DNA of 40,892 bases from a virus: positions 1 through 40,892 of IMG/VR virus record IMGVR_UViG_3300022748_000009. The stretch is one strand, 5' to 3'. Positions 8,316 to 17,500 of the stretch are shown piece after piece. Each line of letters begins with the position of its first letter. The stretch's first letter is position 1. The notes beneath the pieces are model-generated. The model searched no databases. It was not told the origin of the DNA and saw only the letters and a list, made by a program, of their open reading frames with translations. The position numbers and the translations under genes were made by a program.

Positions 8316-8996
8316 ATGGCCAGCGAAATCGATATTTGTAACCTAGCCCTTGGACACCTTGGCGATACAGCCACAGTGTCGAGTATCAAGCCGCCTGAAG
8401 GCTCGGCACAATCACAGCACTGCGCTCGGTTCTATCCGATTGCGCGTGACACACTTTTTGAGATGCACGCATGGGGCTTTGCCACCAAGCGCGTGTCGCT
8501 CGCTGCATTGACCAGCGCATGGCCTGAGTGGGACTACTGCTATGCATTGCCGTCTGATGTGGCCAACTTGCTGGCTGTCATCCCACCTGACGCGAATGAC
8601 GACTACTCATCGCACTTTGTGCCAACAGACACACCATTCACATCGGCCAACTTCGCGCCTGTGGTGGCTGCTGGCCGCTATGTGCCACAAGACTTTTCGT
8701 CTGAGATTCTGGAAGACGGCACTGAGGTCATCTACACAGACCAGCAAGACGCTGTGCTGCGCTACACGGCCATCATCACAGACCCAACCAAGTTCTCGCC
8801 ACTGTTCACCATGACGCTGTCTTGGCACTTGGCATCGATGCTGGCTGGCCCAATCATCAAGGGCGATGCTGGCGCTGCTGAAGCCAAGCGATGCACAGCC
8901 ATGATGCAGGGCTACTTGGCTCGCGCAACATCGTCTGATGCCAACCAACGCAAAGCCAACCCGCAGCAGATCGTTGGCTGGATGGCTGGGAGATAA
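8316..8996 (+). CDS. Head-tail adaptor (T7 gp11-like, putative)
   Basis: N-terminus ICNLALGHLGDTATVSSI...ARFYPIARDTLFEMHAWGFA resembles the gp11/tail tubular protein A pattern. The gene sits directly upstream of a nozzle-sized gene. Confidence 0.55.
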   Translation: MASEIDICNLALGHLGDTATVSSIKPPEGSAQSQHCARFYPIARDTLFEMHAWGFATKRVSLAALTSAWPEWDYCYALPSDVANLLAVIPPDANDDYSSHFVPTDTPFTSANFAPVVAAGRYVPQDFSSEILEDGTEVIYTDQQDAVLRYTAIITDPTKFSPLFTMTLSWHLASMLAGPIIKGDAGAAEAKRCTAMMQGYLARATSSDANQRKANPQQIVGWMAGR

Positions 8997-8998
8997 GC

Positions 8999-9358
8999 AT
9001 GGCCACATTACCTGTCCTCGATTTGGCTGCGGCCGCATTCACTCAAATCGTCCACAAGCCAAACACAAAGAACGAGTTTGACCCAGAAGGTCAAGACTAC
9101 GACTACGAGGCTGCAATGGCCGCTGGCATGGGGCCAACAGGCACAGGTGAAAACCTTGGCCACTGGGGTTCTGTGCGCGAAGCCACTGACGCTGAAAAGC
9201 ACAAGCATGGTTTGCCTGACGAAAGCTACTTGATGCTCAAAGGCAAAGCCCATGAGTCATGGGACAAAGCTGTGGCTGGCGAAGAAGAGCGCGGCTTCAC
9301 GGTCAAGAAGTTCGGTGACCGCTACTACTCAATCCCAAATGAACAAGGAGCCGATTGA
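8999..9358 (+). CDS. Hypothetical virion-module protein
   Basis: A 119-aa ORF, tightly packed, whose stop overlaps the next start (ATGA). Confidence 0.65.
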   Translation: MATLPVLDLAAAAFTQIVHKPNTKNEFDPEGQDYDYEAAMAAGMGPTGTGENLGHWGSVREATDAEKHKHGLPDESYLMLKGKAHESWDKAVAGEEERGFTVKKFGDRYYSIPNEQGAD

Positions 9359-11685
9359 TGGCTAACTTCCGCACGCTTCAAAAATCATTTGCTGGCGGCG
9401 AGATGTCGCCAGAGATGTTTGGCCGCATCGATGACAACAAGTTCCAATCTGGAGCTGCGCGTCTTCGCAACTTCATTAGCAAACCTCAAGGCCCAGCCGA
9501 GAACCGCGCTGGATTTGCTTTTGTGCGCGAGGTCAAGGACTCCACCAAGAAGGTGCGCCTCATTCCATTCACGTTCAACACAACACAGACGATGGTGATT
9601 GAGCTGAACGCTGGGTACATTCGCTTCCACACAGATGGCGCGACACTGCTGTCTGGCGGCTCACCATACGAGATCACAAACCCATACGCCGAAGCTGACC
9701 TGTTCGACATCCACTATGTGCAGTCGGCTGACGTGCTGACTCTGGTTCATCCAAACTATGCGCCACGCGAATTGAAGCGCCTTGGCCCAACCAACTGGAC
9801 GCTGACATCGATCAGCTTTGCTGCACCGCTGGCTGCTCCAACTGGCGTGACAGCGACAAAGTACGTCCCAGCTTCTGCATCTGTCAACACCGACACCTAC
9901 CAAGACGTGAAGTACGTTGTGACCGCACTCACCGATGACCTGTTTGGCCAGTCGGTTGCATCGTCTGTGGCCACCGTGTCGACCAACATCTATGTGACTG
10001 GCGCGTACAACACCATCTCTTGGACTGCCGTGTCAGGCGCTGCACGCTACTACGTCTACAAGTTGCAAGGCGGCATCTACGGCTACATCGGCAACACCAC
10101 TGGCACGTCAATCGTGGACGACAACATCGCCCCAGACCTTGGCGTGACACCTCCGTTGTACAGCTCAGACCTGCAAAGCTCTGGCAACTACCCAAGTGCG
10201 GTGTCTTACTTCGAGCAGCGCCGCTGCTTTGCTGGCACGACAAACGACCCACAAACGATTTGGATGACCAAGTCAGGCACTGAGTCCAACTTCAGCTATG
10301 GATTGCCTGTGCGCGATGATGACCGCATCAAATTCAAGGTGGCTGCGCGTGAGGCCAACACCATTCGCCACATCGTGCCGCTGACCCAGCTCTTGCTGCT
10401 CACTGGCTCTGCTGAATGGCGCGTGTCATCTGTCAACTCTGACGCGATCACCCCGACATCTATCTCCGTGCGCCCACAGTCCTACGTTGGCGCATCGAAT
10501 GTGCAGCCTGTCATCATCAACAACTCGCTGGTGTACTGCGCTGCGCGTGGTGGCCACATCCGTGAACTTGGCTACTCTTGGCAGTCAAGCGGCTTCGTGA
10601 CTGGTGACCTGTCGTTGCGTGCGGCTCACCTGTTCGACAACTACGACATCACCGACATGGCGTACTCAAAGGCTCCGCAGCCTCTGATTTGGTTTGTGTC
10701 GTCCTCTGGCAACCTTATTGGCCTGACCTATGTGCCAGACCAGCAGATCGGCGCGTGGCACTGGCATGACACCGATGGAGTGTTTGAGTCCTGCGCCGTG
10801 GTGGCCGAGGGTAAAGAGGACGTGCTGTACGTTGTGGTCAAGCGCGTCATCAACGGCAGCACCAAGCGCTACGTTGAGCGCATGAACTCTCGCCAATTTG
10901 CCAGCATCGAAGACGCATTCTTTGTTGACTCTGGCGCAACATACGATGGCACAAACACCACGGCCGTCACAATGACCGTGACTGGCGGCACAACTTGGGG
11001 GCCAAGCGAAAGCCTGACCATCACCGCATCAAGCGCCAAGTTTGCCTACCCTGCCACAACCGATGTGGACGATGCCATCGTCATGACGGCGGCTGACGGC
11101 CAGAAGTACCGCCTCAGAATCACCAGCACGTCCAGCACCACGGTTGCACACGCTAGGGTAGACCGTACCCTACCCGCAGACCTGCGAAGCTCTGCAAAGA
11201 CCGCTTGGTCGTTTGCACGCAACTCGATCAGCGGCCTGACTTGGCTCGAAGGTAAAACCGTCAGCATCTTGGCCGATGGCGCAGTGCATCCACAGCAGGT
11301 CGTCACCAGTGGCGCGATCAGCTTGGAGCGTGCCGCATCAAAGGTTCAAGTTGGTTTGCCATACGACTCAGACCTGCAAACCCTGCCTGTCGCATTGCAG
11401 GTCGATGCTGGCTTTGGCCAAGGTCGATTCAAAAACGTCAACAAGGCGTGGCTGCGCGTGTTCCAATCGTCAGGCATTTTCATTGGCCCAGACGAAGGGA
11501 ACCTCACCGAAGCCAAGCAGCGCACCACCGAGAACTATGGCGAGCCACCTGCGCTCAAGACCCAAGAACTCATGGTCATGCTCACGCCATCATGGGCCGA
11601 CAGCGGCCAAGTCTACGTTCGACAGCAAGACCCATTGCCACTGACTGTGGTCGGCTTGACCATCGAAGTGGCCTTGGGTGCTTGA
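9358..11685 (+). CDS. Tail nozzle (T7 gp12-like tail tubular protein B, putative)
   Basis: ATG 9358 lies 7 nt after AAGGAG (9345-9350). N-terminus FAGGEMSPEMFGRIDDNKFQSGAARLRNFISKPQGPAENRAGF is typical of podovirus nozzle proteins (from memory). Length 775 aa. Confidence 0.6.
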   Translation: MANFRTLQKSFAGGEMSPEMFGRIDDNKFQSGAARLRNFISKPQGPAENRAGFAFVREVKDSTKKVRLIPFTFNTTQTMVIELNAGYIRFHTDGATLLSGGSPYEITNPYAEADLFDIHYVQSADVLTLVHPNYAPRELKRLGPTNWTLTSISFAAPLAAPTGVTATKYVPASASVNTDTYQDVKYVVTALTDDLFGQSVASSVATVSTNIYVTGAYNTISWTAVSGAARYYVYKLQGGIYGYIGNTTGTSIVDDNIAPDLGVTPPLYSSDLQSSGNYPSAVSYFEQRRCFAGTTNDPQTIWMTKSGTESNFSYGLPVRDDDRIKFKVAAREANTIRHIVPLTQLLLLTGSAEWRVSSVNSDAITPTSISVRPQSYVGASNVQPVIINNSLVYCAARGGHIRELGYSWQSSGFVTGDLSLRAAHLFDNYDITDMAYSKAPQPLIWFVSSSGNLIGLTYVPDQQIGAWHWHDTDGVFESCAVVAEGKEDVLYVVVKRVINGSTKRYVERMNSRQFASIEDAFFVDSGATYDGTNTTAVTMTVTGGTTWGPSESLTITASSAKFAYPATTDVDDAIVMTAADGQKYRLRITSTSSTTVAHARVDRTLPADLRSSAKTAWSFARNSISGLTWLEGKTVSILADGAVHPQQVVTSGAISLERAASKVQVGLPYDSDLQTLPVALQVDAGFGQGRFKNVNKAWLRVFQSSGIFIGPDEGNLTEAKQRTTENYGEPPALKTQELMVMLTPSWADSGQVYVRQQDPLPLTVVGLTIEVALGA

Positions 11686-11686
11686 T

Positions 11687-11719
11687 GGTGACCGTATAAA
11701 TCAACCAAAAAGATAACCT
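11687..11719 (+). promoter_or_regulatory. Copy 3 of the GGTGACCGTA-N17-TAnnnT motif
   Basis: GGTGACCGTA at 11687-11696, 1 nt after the stop at 11683-11685. TAACCT at 11714-11719. GGAG (11729-11732) and ATG 11740 follow. Confidence 0.55.
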
Positions 11720-11739
11720 GAACGCACTGGAGAATAGGT

Positions 11740-12414
11740 ATGGCGGGAACCTCAACACCTTCGTGGGCAAACTGGACAAGCAGCCCAGAAACATACGGCG
11801 CTTCAACGCCGAAAGCTGCAAACACTGCCGAAATGTTTCAAACGGTTGGCCCCATCTTGGCTATTGCTGGGATGGCCACCAGTGCCATTGGCGCGTACTA
11901 CGCAGCCAAGACACAGCAATACCAGCTTGAATCTCAGGCTTTGACAAACGACTTCCAAAAGTCAATGTCAGAGCTGAATGCCAAGAATGCTGAGTTCACC
12001 GCGCAAACCATCTTGGAGTCTGGCCAGCGCCAGATCGGAGCCGTCACAATGCGTGCTGGGAATGTCAAAGGTGCGGCTCGCGCATCGATGGCAGCTCGCG
12101 GCATTCAGGCTGGCGTAGGCTCCGCTGCTGACGTTATCGCAACAACCGACCTCATGAAAGAGGTTGACGTGAACACGATCAATGCTCGCTCGGTTCAAGC
12201 AGCCGAAGCCCAGCGCATGGCCGCTGTCAATTCGCAGAACCAAGCCATGATGGCTGGCGTGTCTGCCGACAACGCTCGCATGGGCGCGTCAACGATCAAC
12301 CCATTCATGGCTTCGACTGGCTCGTTGCTTGGCAGCGCAAGCACAGTTGCTTCTGCCTACTACCAAGACAAGCGCATGGCCGCATACGAAAACTGGCTGG
12401 CCAAACAGCAATAA
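11740..12414 (+). CDS. Internal virion (core) protein A-like
   Basis: A 224-aa protein with a hydrophobic segment (VGPILAIAGMATSAIGAYYAA) and an Ala/Gln-rich helical remainder. It is the first of three genes in the position of T7 gp14-16. Confidence 0.55.
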   Translation: MAGTSTPSWANWTSSPETYGASTPKAANTAEMFQTVGPILAIAGMATSAIGAYYAAKTQQYQLESQALTNDFQKSMSELNAKNAEFTAQTILESGQRQIGAVTMRAGNVKGAARASMAARGIQAGVGSAADVIATTDLMKEVDVNTINARSVQAAEAQRMAAVNSQNQAMMAGVSADNARMGASTINPFMASTGSLLGSASTVASAYYQDKRMAAYENWLAKQQ

Positions 12415-12424
12415 AGGGAAACAC

Positions 12425-14590
12425 ATGCCAACCGTACCAATGCTTGACACACCATCTCAGTCGCTCGATGCGGCTCAGATGCCAAACTTCACGGCCGCTG
12501 GCGTGGAGCCAATGAAGAACTTTGCGCCAGAGCAGATGAGCAAAATGGGCGCTGGCATGACCACCGCTGGCACGACCCTCATGAAGATTGGGCAAAGCAT
12601 CCAAAACGACTTAGATGATGCCAACACTAAGGCGATGGTCACATCATTCAGCGCAAACGCTCAAGCCATCTTGATGGACAAGGACGCTGGCTACCTGACC
12701 ACAGCGCAAGGCAAGAGCGCCAAAGATCGCTACGCAGCCACGCAAGAGGCGATGCTCAAAGCTCGCAAAGATGCCGAGGCTGGCCTTGAAAACGAATTTC
12801 AGCGCAAGATGTTTGCTCAGTCTGTGGACAAGCAGATGCTGCAATTCAAAGGCCAGATGGACTTGCACGCCGTCAAAGAGGTGCGCCAATACGAGAAGAA
12901 AGAGTCTGAGGCTTTCGTCAACAACCAAGCCGACTTGGCCATCAAGTCGTATGGCGTGCGCGATCAAAAAGATCAGACTGGCCGTGTGAACAACCTGTAC
13001 ACATCGAGCGTGGCCACAGGCTTGCAGACCATCGTGGACGACTTTGCCAAGGACGGCATCGCCGAAGACTCTGAGCAGGTCAAGCAAGCCAAGCAAAAGT
13101 TCACCAGCTATGTTGCAACTGGCGCAGCCACAGACATGATGCTGAACAACAAGTTCATTGAAGCACGCAAGTTTGTAGATGGCGCGTACAAGAGCGGCGA
13201 CCTCGATAGCAAGACAGCGCAGACCCTGTACAAGCAGATCGATGCTGGCTACAACAAAGAAGTGGCCACAGGTGCTGGCGACAAAATCTTCACATCGCGT
13301 GGCCCGACAGGCACTGACTTTGACAGCATCTCTGGCTGGACTATGTCGAAGGATGTCGAGGGCGGCTATGTGGCCAACGATGCTGGCAAAGGCCCGACCA
13401 ACTACGGCATCAACGGCGCTGCTTACTTTGGCGTGAAAGCCGAAGAGCTGACTGACACGCAAAAGAATTTCATCGCCAACCTGACACCAGAGAAGGCCAA
13501 GGAAATCTACCGCAAGCGCTACTGGGATGCCATCGATGCCGACAAGCTCGACCCGCGCATGCGTGCTGTTGCGTTTGATGCGGCCGTGAACCAAGGCCCA
13601 GAGACTGCCAAGCGATTGCTGGCAGAGGCTGGCAACGACCCAGAGAAGATGATCGAGCTGCGCCGCGCAGAGTACAAGAAGCTCATCAAGAGCAACCCAG
13701 AGAAGTTCGCTCAATACGAGAAGAGCTGGATGGGCCGCCTCGACAAGCTGGAGGCCAGCATCACTGGCACGCGCTCATTGTCAAGCATGCTGACCGAGGC
13801 CGACCAGATCGCAGACCCAGAGGTTCGCGACATGACGCGCCAGCGCATCAAAAACAAGTGGAGCGAAGACGAAGCGGTCAAGCGTGCAGACTATGCAGAG
13901 AAGCTGGGCAGCGCGTATGACATCGCATTCGCAAAGCTGGGTGGCTGGCGCGACATCCCTGCGCCTATGTGGGCCGACATCAAGCCAGAAGACCGCGCTC
14001 GCATGATGAACCCACCAAAGGCTGACGACCCAAGCACATTGTTTGAGCTTGAGATGAACCCAGAGCTGTGGACGAAAGAGTCCATGATGGAACGCCGTGG
14101 GCTGTTGACTGAGTCGACATTCCGCAAGTTCTATGAGCTTGGCAACGCGCCCGATTACAAAGAGAAGGTGCGCTCTGTGACGATTGACAACAAGCGTTTT
14201 TCTACCGTGATGGCTGATGCTGGCCTAAAAGACATCATGGACAGGAAAGACAAAACTGAAGTCAATCGAATCATTGGGACAATGCAAGACATCATCAGCG
14301 CAGAGCAGGTCATCAAGAAGCGACCACTCACGATGGAAGAGAAAGACTCGATCATGAAGTCTGTCGTGAAGCCTGTGAAGATTCGCGCATTGCGCGACTG
14401 GACTCCATCTTTCCTTGGGTTAGATCAAACCACAGACGAAGTCCCATACTACAAAGTCAAAGATACTCGCAACGTCATCATCCCAGACAAAGTGCGAAAT
14501 CAAATCATTGCCGACTTCACGCGCAATGGTGTCAAGTACGATGAGAAGACAATCTTCAACGCCTACATGAAAATGGAAGACCAAAAATGA
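12425..14590 (+). CDS. Internal virion protein with a GH108-type muramidase domain
   Basis: ATG 12425 follows AAAGGGAAACAC. DVEGGYVANDAGKGPTNYGI...RYWDAIDADKLDPRMRAVAFDAAVNQGPETAKRLL (about 13350-13750) matches the glycoside hydrolase 108 signature. Confidence 0.75.
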   Translation: MPTVPMLDTPSQSLDAAQMPNFTAAGVEPMKNFAPEQMSKMGAGMTTAGTTLMKIGQSIQNDLDDANTKAMVTSFSANAQAILMDKDAGYLTTAQGKSAKDRYAATQEAMLKARKDAEAGLENEFQRKMFAQSVDKQMLQFKGQMDLHAVKEVRQYEKKESEAFVNNQADLAIKSYGVRDQKDQTGRVNNLYTSSVATGLQTIVDDFAKDGIAEDSEQVKQAKQKFTSYVATGAATDMMLNNKFIEARKFVDGAYKSGDLDSKTAQTLYKQIDAGYNKEVATGAGDKIFTSRGPTGTDFDSISGWTMSKDVEGGYVANDAGKGPTNYGINGAAYFGVKAEELTDTQKNFIANLTPEKAKEIYRKRYWDAIDADKLDPRMRAVAFDAAVNQGPETAKRLLAEAGNDPEKMIELRRAEYKKLIKSNPEKFAQYEKSWMGRLDKLEASITGTRSLSSMLTEADQIADPEVRDMTRQRIKNKWSEDEAVKRADYAEKLGSAYDIAFAKLGGWRDIPAPMWADIKPEDRARMMNPPKADDPSTLFELEMNPELWTKESMMERRGLLTESTFRKFYELGNAPDYKEKVRSVTIDNKRFSTVMADAGLKDIMDRKDKTEVNRIIGTMQDIISAEQVIKKRPLTMEEKDSIMKSVVKPVKIRALRDWTPSFLGLDQTTDEVPYYKVKDTRNVIIPDKVRNQIIADFTRNGVKYDEKTIFNAYMKMEDQK

Positions 14591-17500
14591 GCGCTTATGA
14601 CGACTACATCTCGCAACTGAAAAAAGAGCAAGACCGCAGCACAGCACTTGCTACTTCTTTGGGTGACGCTGTTGACACAAACCCAAACGACTTTGCCGAG
14701 ATGAAGCGCCTGTCGCGTGCGGCAGACATGAGCATCGAAGCAGTCCCAGAGTTCAAGTCTGAGGCGAAGACAGCAAAGCTGTTACAAGACGTTGGCGGCG
14801 CTGACAAGTTTTGGAAAGAAGCGCCACGCACTTCCAACTTCTTGGTCAATCCAGACAACTCGAAAATCTCGCATGACCAGATGCAGAACATGGGCCAATT
14901 TGAGCGCACGTTCCGCATGTTCGGTGGAAGCATGGAAGAAGGCGCTGGCATGAGTGTGAGCGGCGTTGGCCGCATGCTTGAGATTGCACAGCGCAATACC
15001 ATCGAAGGCTTTGCCAACATGTTTTTGCCAGAGCCACAGAAAGGCCCAACTGGCATCCAGCCATCAAAGCCAACTGCTGATTCGCTCATCGGCCCAATGC
15101 TTGGCGAAGACTGGGTGACAGTCGGTAAAAAACTCAAAGATCAAGCCAAAGATGAAATCATGGTTCCAGCGAGCCAGCAAACATTCATCGACAAAGTAAC
15201 TGGCGGTGTTGGCCAAGTTGCTGGCCAAGCCATCACTCACATTTTGACTGGCGGTTTTGTAAGCGGCCTCAACTTGTGGGCGCAAGGCGTTGACACGGTC
15301 TACGATAAGGTTGAAAAAGACAAAGCAGCCCAAGGGTACAAAGACATTGCCGCGCTCGGTGGCGGTGCTGTTACAGCTTTGACAGAGCGCTGGGCATTGG
15401 ACAAGATGCTTGGCCCATTGGCTGTGCCAGTAAAAAATCAAGTTGCTGCCGTGCTTGCTCGTATTGGTGTTGCAACAGCATCTGAGGGTGGCCAAGAATT
15501 TACGGAGAACATTCTTCATGACACATTACGCAAGGCGCTCACTAACCGCGATGCCGAAATTGATTTTGGACAAGCAGGTGAAGAGGGTACTGTCGGTGCT
15601 GCTGTTGGTGGCACTGTCCGTTCTATCGTTGAAGCAGCCCTTCACATTAAACGCCGCACGTCAAGAGCAGAAGAAGTTGAGCGCAAAACGCAAGTCCTCG
15701 AAACATTAAACAACTTGGCTGCGGCCAATGAGGTTCGCTCGCGTGACGCTGAAACATTTGAGAGCTGGATTGACCAAGTGTCAGAAGACAGCCCAGTGCA
15801 AAACGTCTACTTGAGCAGCGATGTGCTGCGCCAATCTGGCTTGGCTGAGAGCTTGGTGAAAGCTGCGCCAGCGTTTGAGGATGCCATCAAAGAATCGTTG
15901 TCCACTGGCCGCGAGCTGGAGATTCCTGTCGCTGACTACATGAAGGTCATTGCACCAACAGAACTCAGCTCTCAGATCATTGACGACCTCCGCATCGAGG
16001 GCGAAACAATGACTCGCCGCGAAGCTCGCGAGTACATCGAGGTCGAGTCTAAAAAGCTCGAAGCTCAAATTGAAGAGCGCGTCAAAGCCGCACAGCAAGA
16101 CGAAGGCTTCATCAAATCCAGCAAAGAAGTGCAGCAGGTCATGTTTGACCAGATCAAAGCGACTGGCATCTATCCTGCCAACGTGGCTCGCGATCAATCG
16201 TTCTTCCAAGCCAAGGTGTATGAGAACCTCGCCGCTCGCTTGGGCATGACGCCAATGGAAGCGTACAACGCATTCCCGAACGTCATCGCCAAAGACGAAG
16301 GTGGCATGATGGTCGAAGGCGACCAGATGTTCAACCAGCGCGGCGAGATTCAGCCTGAGTCGACAGCATTCAAGGAGTTCTTCAAGGACACCAAGATTGT
16401 TGACAAAGAAGGCAAGCCGCTGAAGATGTACCACGGCACAGCCCAGAACATTCACCAGTTCCGCGCAAAGCAAGCTGGCGCAATCTTCACCACACCAGAC
16501 CCTGAGTTCGCCGATGACTACACGGAGATGAGCAAGGACTGGATGGTCGACCACTACGATGAGATTCTGAGCCGCCAAGAAGTCGAGGCGGCAATGAATG
16601 TTGCGGCACAACGCATTCGCGAAGAGTTTGCAAACGACCCAGACAAGGCTGAAATCCTTGAGCATGAGATGCGTGTTGGCGACAGGTTGACAAACATCAA
16701 GGCACGCAGCATCTTCAACAAGGCGATTGCCGAGCAGATGCCATCTGGCCCGAACATCATGCCTGTGTACGTCAATGCGACCAATCCGTTTGACTACCAA
16801 AACCCAGAGCATGTGGCCGCTGTTGTGGCCGAGATGAACAAGCAGACCGACACTTGGGGCCGTCCTCGCGGTGATGCCGCCAAGAACTTCTTGGCATCTG
16901 GCAACTGGGAAGAGATCGAGAAGACTCGCACGCAAGATGCAATCAAGGCGCTTGGCTTTGATGGCTTCTATGTGAAAGAGGGTAAGCACAAAAACCTTGC
17001 CGTCTACAACTCGAACCAAGTCAAGTCGGTGTTCAACCAGAACCCAACTGAGTCGCCAGAAATTCTTAACCAAAGAGGTAAAGGAAAAGTCGCGACTGAG
17101 GATGCGTTTGACGAAGACGCTTTGAAGTTGGAAGACGAGATCGCTGACGCTGGCGGTGAAGTCAAGGATGTGATGCAAGTCGATCAGTTGCTCGACAGCA
17201 AAGACATCCCGATCATCACGATGCAAGACCTCGTTGGCATGAACATCTTCCCAACGATTGCTGACCGCACTGCCGCTGCTGCGCTGTACACAGGCATCGA
17301 CTCATCGCAAATCAACTTGGCCATCCCATTGCTCGGCGGCCCATTCTTTCCGCTTCGCCTCACCAACGCTCTGTCCAACATCGTGTGGGCAAACCGTGGC
17401 AAGGGAGTGACATCTCAGAAGGCTGCAAAGCTGAAAGAGGGCGCGAACTACATGATGGTGTTGATGGGTGATGCAGACATGCACCAGTCCAACAGCACAG

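Noticed and set aside
9314-9324. Near-copy GGTGACCGCTA of the late motif, 34 nt upstream of the nozzle gene
   Set aside because: It has a one-base insertion relative to GGTGACCGTA and no TAnnnT at the fixed +17 position. It is probably a chance partial match within a coding region.
15781-17226. A 481-aa minus-strand ORF, and other long antisense ORFs, inside the giant gene
   Set aside because: These are shadow ORFs opposite a strongly supported 2845-aa frame. They have Leu/Arg/Val-rich composition and no ribosome-binding sites.
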